This document shows, piece by piece, positions 13,301 through 28,200 of a DNA stretch of 64,000 nt. Below the pieces are notes generated by a model. It did no database searches and was not told the origin of the DNA. It saw nothing but the letters and a program-made list of their open reading frames with translations. A program made the translations under genes and the position numbers. Each line of letters starts with the position of its first letter. Positions within the stretch are counted from its first letter, which is position 1. This DNA is from Lingula anatina (taxonomy: Eukaryota; Animalia; Brachiopoda): positions 26,522,225 through 26,586,224 of the forward strand of contig CM120640.1 of assembly GCA_051362555.1 (NCBI GenBank), in the 5' to 3' direction.

Positions 13301-16254
13301 TGCACATACGGTAAAGTCTTGAAAATTTCGTCGTTCTTGAAAATTTCGTCGGCAGACGATTTTCCGCCGAGGTAATTTTTTTCCCCTTGAAAACTTCGTC
13401 GACCTTGAAAATGAGGTACTCAATAATTTTTGAAAAGTTCGTCACCAAATATGGCCGCGTTGTCCAGCTCAAACATGAAGGTAATGCGTCAGTTGATTCA
13501 AGACAATGATACGATCAGGATATCATTGCCGATAACACTCTCAATGGGAGATAGGAACAATAGTGCGCCCCTGCGAGCGGTTACTCACAATATAAGTGGT
13601 TAAGATGTGAATCCCCGTTCTTAATTGCGGGAACATCGGCCTTTTGTCTAAATAGTTTCATTACTATTACCTGGCTCAAGGTGCCTTATCAAGCCGGCAA
13701 ATAAAAGTCACAGGCCGCGGCTTTGTCATTTGTAACGCCGTTATTGTTATCGGCGGCTGTCGTAAATGAGGAAGACACAATGAAAAATCAAGATATTATC
13801 TCGAAGGGAAATGTACCCGTCACTTCTATTCATGTCCATGTTCAATTTAGGACCATTTAACAATTACCTGGCTCATCCATGGAGATCGTTCCCAATGCGA
13901 ATGGGACGAGATGGCAATTTTCATAGCTTCAGCAGAGAATCTTTTGCGTAATATTGTCAACAGATCGTTCGCGATCCAAACGAGACAAGAAGAAAATTTT
14001 CATATTTATAGCAGACTCCGTTCGCGTAAGATCATCAGCGGGAGATCGTTTGCGATCCGAGCGAGACGAAAAGGCAATTTTCATGTCATCATCGGGAGAT
14101 CGTTCGCGATGTAAGCAAGAATGAAATGCAATTTTCAAATTAGTGCAAGGAACTTAGTTTGCAAAAGATCGTCAGCGGGAGATCACTATTCTAACCCCCC
14201 CTTTGAATTTAATAAATAATATATATATTTTCATTTTATCTTAAACCCCCCCCCCCTTCCCCGCTCATGGCATATCTTCGGCGGAGAATCGTTCGCGTAA
14301 GATAATCATCGCGGGATCGTTTGCGATGTAAGCAAGAATGAAATGCAATTTTTATATTAGTTCAAGGGATTTAGGGAACTTCGTTAACGGAAGATGGTCA
14401 GCGAGAGATCATTATTTCCCTCTCCCCCCCCCCCCCCCCCAGACCCCAGACACACACACTTTGGATTTAAAAAATATCTTTTTCATTTTATCTTTAAACA
14501 GCCCCCCCTCCCCCGCTCACGGTATATATTCGGCGGAGAATCGTTCGCGTAATATCCTCAGGACTTTGTTCGCGTAAGATCATATCAGAGGGAGATCGTT
14601 CGCGATCCTAGCTTGACGTAAAGGCAATTTTCATATCATCGTCTGGAGATTGTTCGCGATGTAAGCAATAATAAAATGCAGTTTTCATATTAGTTCAAGG
14701 AACTTAGTTTGCAAACGATCGTCAGCGGGAGATCATTATTTTAACCCCCCCCCTCCCCTTTGAATATTATAAATAATATATATTTTTAATTTCATCTTTA
14801 ACCCCCCCCCCCCCCTTCCCCGCTCACGGCATACATGTATCTTCGGCGAAGAATCGTTTGCGTAATATATCGCCAGGACTTTGTTCGCGTAAGATCGTCA
14901 GAGGGAGATCGTTCGCGATCCGAGCGAGACGAAAAGGCAATTTTCATATCATCATCGGGAGGTCGTTCAGTTTTCATATAAGTTCAAGAAACTTAAATTG
15001 CGGAAGATCGTCTGCGGGAGCAATTATTTTAACTCCCTGTAAATTTTTAGGAAGTTACAGATGGTACTTTTAGAAGGCCTGACATTCAATCCTGGGAAAA
15101 GCCCTGCATGCAACAAACGTTGCCAAGTGCATAATTATTTTTAAATATGTCGCGGCCAGGTTATAATGCAAGGAGGCAATTAAGCTTATCTTGATCCTTC
15201 TCCTCTATCAGGAGGTATGTTTCGTACCGAGAAGATAATTCTCAACACATTTTCGGGTACAGTAAGTTAAATTTAACTTAATCGAGATGCAGTAATAAAT
15301 ATATTATTATTTACCGCCAGAAAACGACTTAGGAAGTAGTTTTAAATATCCCACAATATAGGAGGGTCAAAGATAACAGTCGCTAAGGATAAAAGCCCAA
15401 AGGCCAGATTTTTGAAAATTTCGTCATACCCAGGAGTCGGGGAGAGGTAATTTTGAAAAATTAGTCGGATTTACACAATTAAAAATATTAATTAATTTTT
15501 AAGTGACGAAATTTTCAAGACTTTACCGTACACTGATTTTGGTAACTTAAGCTAATAGGAAATAAAGGGAGCACAGTGGTTAGGGAATGATGAGGTAAGT
15601 TGATATTAACCTGGGTTATTTGGTACGTGTTGTTATAGCGGATTTCTTGCTTGGTGATCATTATAAGGTGGGGTGAAAGAAAATATGTGGTTAAATGATA
15701 TCTTTTCCATTTGGTAATATGTGAAATCAACCTCATAAACATTGTATTTAATATAAGGAAACTGGGAAGATCACCCCTTTAAATATCATGCATATAGTGT
15801 ATGTGGGCACACATGCATGAAAGAAAACCAAACAAAACAAACGAACAAAAAAAAAAAAGGACTATCACAAACTTACTCTGGATCAAAACAGACAACAGAT
15901 TTCAGTTCTTTAGTTTCAACTAAAAAGTCCTTTTATGTTGTGCTGGTCTGTGATATTATAAAACTGCTCATTCTTACAGGATTTTATGTAAGGTGCATAT
16001 TTTTCATTTTGAAATAGAAGTTTATGTCAGTCTGTTTCGGGGCTTATAGGTGGTGGTGTGTGGGGGGGGGGGGGGGGGAGGACGGGAATGGTTTGAATGG
16101 GTGTGCTGTGAATCAAAATTTGATCTAGGTTCTCTATCCATTTCCGAAGCTGGGTTAGCTGAGAGGGTGAAAAGATCTACTTTTCAGTCTTTTTTAAATT
16201 TCTGTTTGTGTGCTCATGCGTGCAGGCACGTGTGTGCACGTATGCATGCATGCA

Positions 16255-16287
<33 letters not shown>

Positions 16288-19200
16288 TTCTGAATATATT
16301 CTTTATCGTCTACTTTATAACATATATATAACCAGGGCAGAGCAATTTGATTTGTTTTCCATTACCTCTTTCATTAAGAATTGTTGCCTTAATTATTAAG
16401 TGTTAAGAGAAAAAAATATTTCCCCACCTTCAAGGAAAATGGCCAGGTTGATGTGAACTTTACAACCAAGTTAGCTGTCTGTAATTGAATGGAAAATTGT
16501 GTAAGTTGTACTTGGCAGCTTGGCAGGCTAAGGCATATGCAACTCCTGTGATTTACAAGCACCATTTACTCACCAGTAATTCAGAGTTAAAGTAGTTGAG
16601 TTGAGAGCATGATCTTGTTTACTTGAGAAATAGTTTCTTTGCCAGGACTTTATAAAACTTCTTGACACGCTTTCCTTTTTGATCATATTAAACATTTCAA
16701 GACTCATTCAGCTAATGCTTGTCATCATTTCTATAGACAAACTTAAACACTTTGTGTCTGAACATATACCTGACACCTGTGTCTGCTGTTTCTGACACTG
16801 TGCATTTTCATGGAAGTTTATTCGCCAGCACCATAAAAGGAAACTATGGGCTCATTCCCAAACAAACTATTGTGTTATGTAGAGAGATCTAACTCCATAG
16901 TTACTCTTACTGAATGTAATCAGCTTAGCAGATTAACCTGCTGTAGAGTTGAAATGATAATTTCATTGGGAATGAGCTCAATGAATCAAATCTTGATTGA
17001 TTGATTGATTCACAGATTAAAAATACAGCTTGACTTTTCTGATCTGTTCTGATCAGATTACTTTTTCTTCAAGTTATAGTTTTTTCCTTTTTTTTTTCAT
17101 TATCACAAATTTTCCAGAAGCAACTCTGAGTTCCCATGGGTCTGACCCACCTCTCTCCATTTTCTGAATGTCCATAGTAACAGTAGTAGTAGTTAAAATT
17201 GGTAATGTTTATGCTTGTAAACATTGGGTTATATTCCATCACTATAGGAAAAAAAAACATTCTCTGTATATATTGGTTGTTCATCATTTTAGACTGTTTT
17301 AATGTCACTGCTTCAGTCAGTTATGTCATTTTTATGTCTGTCCATTTGACAGCTTTGCTGCCTTTTTTTTTTTTTTTTTTTTTGGGGGGGGGGGTTCTAG
17401 TTTGAGGTTTTTTATCCAAATCTTTAAATAGGTTGCATATATACCTGATTTCCAGTTTATTTTTATATTCACACAATACCTTGATTTTACAAATAGATAG
17501 TATGTTGTTGTGCCCCACAATCAAGTTGAATTGAGGGACAACTCCCCTGCCCTCTCCATAGGATAAGGGATATTTTACCATAGTTGTTTTATTATGTTTC
17601 TTCCAAAGTCATTGAGTTGAAGTATTTCTATCAAAAAGATATCATTTTAAGCATACAGAATGCTGTTATGGTTGATTGAAAATAGACATCTAGTACTTGT
17701 AAACTTTATTAGAAACAAAGTACAATTTTTAAAAAGTATTATTGGAGCTCCTTTCATCTATAGTGATCTCTGAAGTGCTCCCCAGCAAAGGTTGAAGTTA
17801 CATTAAGAAGGAAAAACAGTTCTGCAATTATTTACAAGGCTATTGAGATCCTGGACATCAGAAAGAAAAAGAGGGCCAAAGAATAAGTTATCCTTTGATT
17901 ATTTGAAACATAGACAAAACAAAAAAGCACTCAAAATTGGCTTCCGATTTTTTATTGACTGATTTTGTGTTGGCCTTAGACCTGAAAGTGGTTTGAGATT
18001 AAGGAACAAAAGAAAAGCAAACACGGGATAAATTGTCTGTGACTACCACCTGATTAAAAGGCTCAAGGGAATGACAATTTCACTTGGTGTTTCATTGAGA
18101 GGTAATGAAGATCTATGGGTACTGGGAAGACCTGGTGGTGAATTAACTTCTCATTGTTTTAGCCTTAGTTATTGGTACTTTTTGCTTGTTCTTAACTGAA
18201 ATAAACAACTTTGAATGACTAGAAAAGAAAAAAATGGAACTTGGTATTTTAGATTTGTACTGTTCTATGTCCTTATTTTTTTCATCAAAATATAACTGAT
18301 TTTTTTAGGAACAAAGTGAAGATAAGATGATATTAGTATTTTTTTATTCAAATAATGACTTCCTAAAGATTAGATAATAAGATTAAATGCATTTTTCATT
18401 TTTGAGCATGGTTCCTGTTTAATCTGCTTATATTGTTTAAAAAGTATAACACAACAATAGTTTTCCTTTTCAGTAGACAACTTGGAAAATTAATGTGGTG
18501 AAAACTGAGTCTAATGTAACCCCATCACCCTTACAAAGATCTTGCATTAGGGAGTTGTAGATGGCAAAATTTAAGATTAAAAGTTAACAGAAACATTGCA
18601 CTTGATTTGAGATGGTGAAAGGCACAAACGATGGAATCCTGAGTAAACACTTGAGGAAAAAAAAGTTGAATGTTCATACCAGAAATTTTTGCAAACATTT
18701 TAAAGTGGTTTAACCATGTATGCTACTAAATGGCCTAAGTCAAACAGGGCTTAAGGAACTTTTTATTCAGATACTAGCAGGTTGTCCTAATTTGCAAACA
18801 GGGGAAGCTATTGATGTAATTTTCAAACAATGGGGAATGTCACCATTTTGAACTTTGTTTATTTTTGTTGAGTAGTTAACATGATCGGGTCATAAGGCAG
18901 CTGAATTTTTAAGTCAACTGCCAGAGGTACTTGTATAAACCCTCTCTTTTTGACTGTTATAGCATTTTGTATTTGTTTACTGCACTTTTAAGTGAATAGT
19001 GTTGGATTTGGTTCAGTTTCAACATCGCCCATTGAAAGCATGTTTTCATTTTATGCATTCCCTTAAATATACATTGTTCTTTTGATGCAAGTATTTTGAC
19101 TTGAAAGCAATTTGAAGTTCTTATTTGATTTACCCTGTCCAAAAGTAACAGAGTGCCTTAAACCAAGGGTCACATAGAAGAAACTAAGTCCACATTATGA

Positions 19201-22200
19201 GCCCTAAACCTTCCCCCAAGTGTGTGCTTTCAAGGACAAGGCAGACTGAATGTACTGTTGTCTGCATTGTAATCTGAGAATGATGAGAAGATGGAAACAC
19301 AAAAGTGAGCCTGGGCTGGATGTGATGCGAATATGAGAGATTGAATTTTTGTTAACATTTGTTGACTCAAAAATCCATTCTCAATAAGGGTATTTCTGAC
19401 AGAGTCTGTGTAAATTTTGTGTGTCGAGATTTTTTTCAGATAGAAGTAGAACTGTTGTTACTTGTAAACAAGGGGGAGAGAAAATACAATACTAGTCACA
19501 ATTGTTATTAAAAGATTAAAAAGAGTTTAAAATTATTATATAAACAAAAATATATATCTCAAATGGTAGATGTTAACATGCTTAACTGACAAAAATTTAA
19601 GAAAATTGATTAATTTATCACACTATAAAATTTGCCCGAAAAAATAATTGTTGTATAGTTTTTTTTTGTATGGGAGTTTTATTATCTTATTTCAGATCTT
19701 ATACAACAGGGAAAGAAATCCAGGCATTATTTATTCATACACTACTCCTGTGACATCAGCAACGAGGTATGGCCAATCAGATTCGAGCAGGTATAATTCT
19801 CGGCGCTATGGTAACGGGCATTATTATAGGCCACACAGGCCGTCCAGCTATTCCTATCCTTGGGCTTACAGGTATCTAATCCTGACTTCCAAGATTTCTT
19901 CCAGTTTTTGCAGTCAGGCCTACAAAATATACACTAACTTTTTCTAAGTAAAAATGTCACTTTTCACTCATTGAATTGTTATAAGATGTTTTCTTACAGT
20001 CCATTAACCTGGTGGGGTAAAATGGTGCATGCTTTTTTCTGCAAATCTCATTTCAATTAAAGAAAGTAAATATTTATTTTGTAGGCCTGATCAGATATTT
20101 TCTGAAATAGATATTTTCAAGGAAGGTTAACTTTTTAATTTTTTTTTGCAGTATAATGATATTTTTGAATATCATGTTGTTATGAATATATTTGTTGCAG
20201 TAAACAGTAGAAAATATATTGGATTGGAAGAAATCAGGTGTCCTTTCAGATGAGGTACCTTGCAGAATGCACTGATGTGCTTCATGCTGTCAGGCTATCA
20301 CTACCAGTACTAATATTTACCTTCATACTAACTCTTATGGATCTAAATTTCATTTTTCCATGTAATTGGCTTCCTGTCATACCCCAATGGCCAACCAAGT
20401 GTGCTAAAAGTTTGCTTTGAGTTTATGTACATCATTTTTGTCTCTGCTGAAGCTTTCTTTGTAATTTCTGCATGGCAAATTTACACAACCTTAACCTATG
20501 ATTTTTTTTTAGATATTTTAAGCATGTTTTGAATGGTGACCAATGGTTTTCCTTTAAAACTTTTAAAAACGACTGAGAATCTGTGTATTAAAAAGTTATG
20601 AAAAAGTACTAAGAGGTCTGGATTGTGCCCCCACAATCGTGCCTGGCACTTTAAGTGCACACTGTATTGAGGACACCTGGAATTCTACGCTCAATTTAAA
20701 CCTAAACAAGTTCGCCTATTACTTGATTAAGTCCATTGGTTAGTGACATTGCGTACAAAGCCATGGTGGTAACTTGAGGATAATAAACACATGTTCTAAT
20801 ATTTTTTACTTTTGAGTTTATGTTCAAGATCAATTTTATTTCTTTAGACAACAAAGTGATCCTACTGACCCCAGGCTGTCCTTCAATGAAGCCCCAAGAT
20901 ATCTGACAGATGATGATTCTTCCAATAATCAACAATACCAAGCTCAGAGAAGCAGTCAGAGATACAGCAGCCAAACTCGCTACACTAATGGCAACACTCA
21001 AAGTAACAGTAGATATGACACAAGGTATTCAAGAAGGCAGTATAATTCAGGGTATTATCGCCCTGGACAACACCAAACGCCTACATCTCACCAGCAGCCT
21101 AATGTTCAGAACCGCTACCAACCAAGCAGTTACTCCTACCAGAGAGGTACAGGAGGGGTGAGGTACAGGTATAACAATAGACGACAACCAGTGACCACCG
21201 ATAGGCGTGGTCAGGGCACAGCCTCACAGACAGCTGGACATGCTGTGAATGACCAAATACAGTTGAATCTTCCTGAGAAGGACAGGACATCGGGGCGTGG
21301 TGTGGGCAACACAGGCAGTTTCTCCTGGAGGATTTCTGGCTTTACGGAATGTTCACACACTTGCGGAGGAGGTAAACCTTCCATTTCAAAAATTTTACGC
21401 TGGACTAAAGCTATAGTGAAAATTGTTTACCATTGTCTTATCAAATTCCTGTGTGACTTTTTTTGTTTCTGTCTCCAAGTCAATTAGATTTGGCTGAAAA
21501 CTTGGGACAAATTGATTTAAACATGAGTTATGCTAAGGGTAGTACTAAAACAGTTAATGAACTGTGGTTTTTTCAGAGTCACTTATCTGTGTGTTTCATC
21601 GTGTTATGTCTGAAACTTTTGGCATCCCTGATTTATGAGGCTACTTTTCATTTAAAAAGTGTAACCTGTCCTCTAAAAGATCATACTTGGTATTCTGGAT
21701 TTCCTTTTTCTGTCTAGTTAAGTGTTAAAATGGAAGAAAAAAGTGATCCCATGGGATGTGAACCACTTCTTTACAATGAGCCGGTTTGACTTCTAGTACT
21801 TAAATGGGGAGCTCCTCTGTAAAATTGTCACTATAGTTCACTTGAGATAATGCGTGCTAAAAAAAACTTGACATAACCTGTCAGTACTAAGAGGTGATTT
21901 TGAAACAATTTATGACTGCAATTACCCTTAGGGCAAAAATTTTACTTTAAGTAAAAAGTGTTTGTGGATTTGATTAAGGACCAAATTCCATCTAAATGAT
22001 GTTTGGTGACACTGCTGTTAACCCTGCCACAGTGTATCCAGGGAATTCTTTCCTGTTTTACAACAAAGGGCATTTGGTTATTCCGTACATTTATCAATAG
22101 TAGATATTCTTTTTAGATTGAAATGGATAGAGTCCCCACCTACTGACCTGTTATGGTCATTTGAAACCATTTGTATGAATAACGCATCTAGGTATAAGAT

Positions 22201-25200
22201 ATTAATAAAATGTCACCGATACAATACAGGACACAAAAGAATGCTTATAGAGGCCTGGTAAACACAAAGCTTCGCCATAAAACCTTGAGGTGGGGCATCT
22301 ATTCCTCACAGTGACAGACATATATTGGGTTTATTGGTGACAGAAACTGAGTTTTGTGTGCTTCTTTATGCATATAATTTCCCTTTTTTGACAAATTTCA
22401 TAAATCAATAATCCATTATTTTAGGGACCCAGAACACCATCATTGTGTGCGTCCAAGGGAACTCCCTGGCTGTAGTAACCAATGACAACTGTGATAATGC
22501 CATAAAACCTGAGCTGCAGACTGTCAAGTGCAACAATAATCCATGTCCCCCTGGGTATGGTTACAGTGAACAGAATTACATCAGTGTTTTTAAAAGATAA
22601 TTTAGATTTAATTTAAAGAGTATTTTGAGTAAGAAGCTTATTAGAGTCTTGAAAGATGCAAGCAACCATTTGTAGAATGAATTTATAAAGTTTGCCAGGG
22701 TGTCTTATGAAGAAATTATGGACTAGTACTGATGGCATTACACCTACAATATGATGAATAATGTTACTTCAAACCTTAAGCATGTATGTTGAAGAATTGT
22801 TATAATAAATAATTATTGACCAGACTACTCGAGAAAGGTCAACCTAAAGAGACCAAACTATTAAGATGCCCTTATGATAGTGTTATCAGTGTCATCATCT
22901 CAGCAGGAACTACTGGCCTACAACTTTAAGTCTAATTTTTTGTGAATGGGTAAAAACATGGGGAGGTCATTTAGTGCAATCAAAAGATAATAATGTGGCC
23001 CATTCATGCTTCCGTTTCAAGAAAAAAAACTTCTCCCTAAGTGATTGTCTTTGTAAAAGATACCAGAAATATGTTTGGGAAAAAAATTCTTCATTTGCAA
23101 TACTCAAAAATAACAACATTTATATCCAGTAGCTGTTTTCTGAGTAGGTTGTGTAGCGTGTCAATTTGAACATTTTACATGCATGAATTATTAGTAATAA
23201 AAGGCAGATATTGCCAGATAATATTATTTCTAAAAAAGTAATAAATAAATTTTAGATGGAACACTACAGAGTGGAGTGAGTGCACAACAACATGTGGCTT
23301 GGGTCAGAAGAGCAGAAATGTGGAGTGCAAGCAGAGAATTTCTGCTGCATTGATCATCAGTGTGACGGCAAACCTGTGCGCCAAGGAACCTCGCCCTGCT
23401 GAAACTCAGAGATGTGATTCCAACCCACCCTGTGCAGAGTGGAAGACTGGGGAATGGGGACCTGTAAGATTTGATTTTATACTTTTTTTCAGTATTAGTA
23501 TGCTTATGTATCAATAAGAGCATTCACATCGAGAGGAGCCGAGGTCTAGCATGGTCGAGATCTAAATCCTTTAATGGTCTCTCAATGAATGTCATTGAAA
23601 GTCACTGAGAGACCGTTAAAGGATTAGGCAGTCTTCCTTACATGTAGGTCCGCCATATTTAGGTCTCGGCCTTGCTAGACCTCGGCTCTTCTTGATGTGA
23701 ATGCTCTCAATACTGCCACGTTGCCATAAATGTACCTGGGGTGAAAGCTATCTTACCCAGAAGGCCACTGTGAGCCCTGGCAGCAGGCAGGTTCATACTT
23801 GCAATGCAGCACCATGCATCCTGCAGTGTTGCTCTCTGACTCTTTTGCAAACCGTATAATTTAAAGGAGCGTACCATAATGTTAGCGTCACTGTAAGCTA
23901 GGACAAGCTGTTTAAGATTCAGAACATTATGTCATGCAGCTAAATGCTTATATACCCAGTAGTTATTGCTGCAGGTTGAAAACTTCGTTACATATTAGCC
24001 TAAAATCGTAATCAAAAGAATTGCATTTAAACTGCTACATAGAAAAGCTACTTTTATTTAAATGAAATGTCCAGACAGCCTGAACTGTTATTAGTTAAAA
24101 TTTATTCTTGTTTTGAAAGAACTACACCGGGCCAATTTAACCATAGAGTAATTTGTGTTATCACTGGACCATATTCTGATGGAAAAAAAACTTAAGTTCA
24201 TTTCACTGAAGTGGACTTACATTTTTTGCCCATATGGTTGAATACCATCAGTTTGATCAAATGCACTGGGATGTGAAGAGGCATTTCCTATGTTCTGTTA
24301 CAATTCATTGACTGAACATGCTGTAAAACCTGTTCTCAATATCCCTCTGGGTGAATTATTTCCACCATTCGTCTGTGTAACCTGCAAGTCATGCACCACT
24401 TTGATAAAGTTACCCTTTACCAAAGCTGTCTTTTATTCTTCATTATACACCTGTAAACTGTCTGGCTTTTTTTCTAGTCCTCACAATCTAATGGCGCTGC
24501 ACTGCCTTTAATTGAAAAGAAAATGCATTATTTTTGTCAACATTTGAAATAAAACCCTAATTTAAAAGTCTGCCACTGTGCTTATGTCTCCAGCATTATT
24601 CTCTGTTATAAGCAAAAAAAAGATCCCAAGTGTCAAGACTACGAGACATTTTTGAATTTATGAAGTAATTTTATTTGACAACTAACAAATTCTCCTGGAG
24701 CATGTTAAAAATACCAAACTCCACTCCTGCTGTTTTGAGGTGATAAATACAGTTTTTCATTTACTCTTAGCAATTTTAGGTGTTTTGCTGAATTATTTTC
24801 CAAAGTTGTTGTCAAAAGTTCCCCATACCTCCACCATGGAAAAATCAACTTAGATAGCCAGTAAATCATCATTAGGTCTCCAACTGACAGCTGAGCTGGC
24901 ATTCTTTGGTGTTTCTCTATTGTTGATTTCCTCTAACCTTTTACACCATTGTGCAATTCAAACCTTCTCTTTTTCTGTAGAAGAATTCAGTTATTGTACC
25001 AAACTTCTCTTTACCATTGGTTTCTTGTCTCAAATATTTAGCTCCTGTTTGTTTGTCATGGTTCTTGATTTCTCACTTAAGATGAGGAAACCTGCATTTT
25101 TTGAATATCCTTTATACATAAAAATTTAATCCTGGCTGTAAAGTGTGGAATAAGTCACAGCCCTTATTTTTGTATAGGAACTAAAGAAACCGATTTTATC

Positions 25201-28200
25201 TATGTGCACATATAATCCCCAAAACAACTTGTACATGTAATATATCTGTAGATGGACACCATGTATATCTGCTTTTTTGCATTCTAAAAAAGGACAATAA
25301 TAATGAACTTTTATCTGAGCTAGGACAATATCAATGAATTTTTGGCAGGCGTCAGTCAGTTTTTGACATTACACACTCAAAGTGATGGTGTCTCAAGTAT
25401 TTAGCAGCAGTAAATTCTAGGTCCAGTAGAATTAACTGAAGTGGATCACACACATTTAACAGAGGAGAGAAGTGATCTAATTTGTGACTAAAGGGTGGTC
25501 CTTTTATCTGAGCTCAATGAATATGTATGGTAATGTCTAAAAATATACAAGCTGTTTCACAGTAGTTGTGTATAATTTGGTATGGTATGGGTGGTCCTTT
25601 TTTTGTCACCGGTGACTTAAAATTCTTAGAGCACTTATGTCAGTTTTAATTTTCTTTTTACAACCCAGTCAGGACACTTCAAGGGAAGGCTGTGTTCACA
25701 TATAAGGTCAAATACACTCTCTTAAAATGACAAAAATTTCTAAGAGAAATTATTCAGATATTTATGTAGTGTACGTACCAGAGACAGATGTGAATTGAGC
25801 TCTATGTCAGATTTCTCTTGAATGTTGTTTTTTTATATATTGTTATGGAACAGCACCTGGATGCTTCCTGCCTTAAACTCACACACTCACCAGGTGCTAG
25901 AAGCAGTTTATATTTCTATATCATTGCCAATATAACAATGTTCAGTACAAATCCTGTTCAGTACAAATCCTGTTTATATCTTGCAGTGTTCAGTTAACTG
26001 TGGCCATGGGAAGAAGAGCAGAGAAGTGAAATGTATAGACAGCGAGGAAACCAGAGTTCCTGACAGTCAGTGTGATGCTAATAGAAAACCCAGGAATGAA
26101 GAAAGCTGTGATGCTGGAGAGTGCAGGAAGGAATGGTATTACACAAAATGGACAGATACGGTTAGAGCACAGTATTAGATATATATATATATGGATACAG
26201 TTTAACATATTACAGTGCACTGCACTTATTAATTAACAGTCTACATGAGAAAAGGTCTGCTATAAAAAGGGTAGTTCTGAAAAGGACATCACTGAATAGA
26301 GCCCATTGTGAAAAAATGTTTTTGAATGTGTCCAGGGAAGCAAAAATAACTGAGAGAAATTTATTAATTTTGACAAACAGAAAATATACTTTGATCATAG
26401 CAACTGACTGAGTGAATTATTAACTTAAATTAATATGTTATTTTTTATTTTGCTGGAAGCAAGGGTATTAGGATTTTTATAAATACACTCATACTCCCTG
26501 ACCATTGAAAGTCAATATCCATTGTATTTCACTTTTCAGTGTTCCACAGATTGTGGTGGGGGCCAGTATTATCGTAAAGTATGGTGTGGAGCAGAAGATG
26601 GCCTGAGCTGTGACAGGGAAGACAAACCTGATAGTGAAAAGCCATGCAGATCTGATCGTCCATGTGGCGGGAAGTGGTTCATGGGGCCGTGGAGCTCTGT
26701 AAGATTTATTTGACTGGTGGAATGTGAACAAATACATTATGGCATTCAAGAGTATATCCTACCCAATTGCATTACTTTTTCTTAGATGCTAAATTGATTT
26801 GAGGATTTATTTGTCCTTGTTGTTTTCTCTAAAATGTCAGTTTGATGATTTTAGGGGTTAATTTAATTGATTTAAATTGTTTTAATGTCCAGTGTCACTA
26901 CCAGTAATTTATTGATTTGCAGCTTTTTTATAATCAGCATGTAGTAAATGTAGAACAGGTGTAGCTTATAAATTAGATTTTATCCCTGTTTATACATTTT
27001 TTGAGATATTTTCTATATTTTGCAATCATTACAGCAATTATTGTGATGGAAATTGATAATGCAAAGTATAAAGATCAACTTTTTGATATAGTGTAGACCA
27101 AATCAAATAGAAGTAATCACGTTTACTTGATGTGATATAGAAAATGAATGGAATTATGCTTTCAAATGAGAAAATTCTTTTCAGATTTTTTCAAGTACAT
27201 GTAAAACACAAAGAAGATTATGAAAACTGCAATGATTTATCTTACTGAACATTATACCCATTCTTGCATTTTTATAAGAGATAACAGAACTGAAAATTTT
27301 GATCCTTTTTTTTTTTCAGTGTTCCTCCTGCTCAGGAGTCCAGACCAGGCATGTCATATGTATCAAAGAAGTCCACCCAAATTACTGGGCACAGGTAGCA
27401 GACAACAACTGTGTCACGGAGGACAAGCCAAGACAGGAGCGTGCCTGCCAGTCAGAATCTTGTGGAGCAGAATGGTATCTGAGTGACTGGGGATCAGTGA
27501 GTATTATTACTGTTAAATGTGTCTGTACAGTCCAGAGTGCTACCACCATCAATGCATTTTAACACAATTTCCCCCCACAGCGCTTCCTTTCAGCATGAAT
27601 TATTTTTGTATTTTTGTTTCCTATGAGTGTGACATGTTTGATTCAACAAGCCATGTTGAATAAAAATTAAGAATTGATATATTAAATATAACCCCTGGGA
27701 AAACATTGGCTAAAAATCACGAGGTTTTATGTCCAAAGAAAATGCTAACTTCTTGAATGTATGATTTTATAAAATCAACATCTTTCTTTTCAGTGCTCTG
27801 CTAGTTGCAGTGGAGGAATTAAATCAAGATCTGTTAAATGTTTAGACAAAGATCAAAAGCCCAGTAATCACTGTAAAATCACAGATAAACCACCGACTCA
27901 AGAGAGCTGTAACCTTACTCCTTGTCCAACTGTTCCTACAGGTACTTAAGCTTTATTTGCATGTTTTTTTTTTAATTGTCTAAAATGCTGACGTTCTAAT
28001 TTGATCCAGGATAGATTTGATCCAAATATATCTGAATTATAAAAGACATTTTGAATGCATTATGTAATGCAAAGACTTTGTACTTTTTTGTACTTTGCCA
28101 GTGTTGCAGTAATTTATATCTGTATAATTATTTAAAAAACATTTGGGCCATGTATGAATAATTTGTTACAGGTCTAAATTGCTTTGATCTTTGATCTGAG

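Noticed and set aside
13880-15040. Repeated AGATCGTTCGCG motifs resembling a CRISPR-like array, and ORFs 13911-14114 and 14858-15073
   Set aside because: The intervening sequences are themselves repeated, spacing is irregular, the context is eukaryotic with no cas genes, and everything lies inside a TIR-bounded element.
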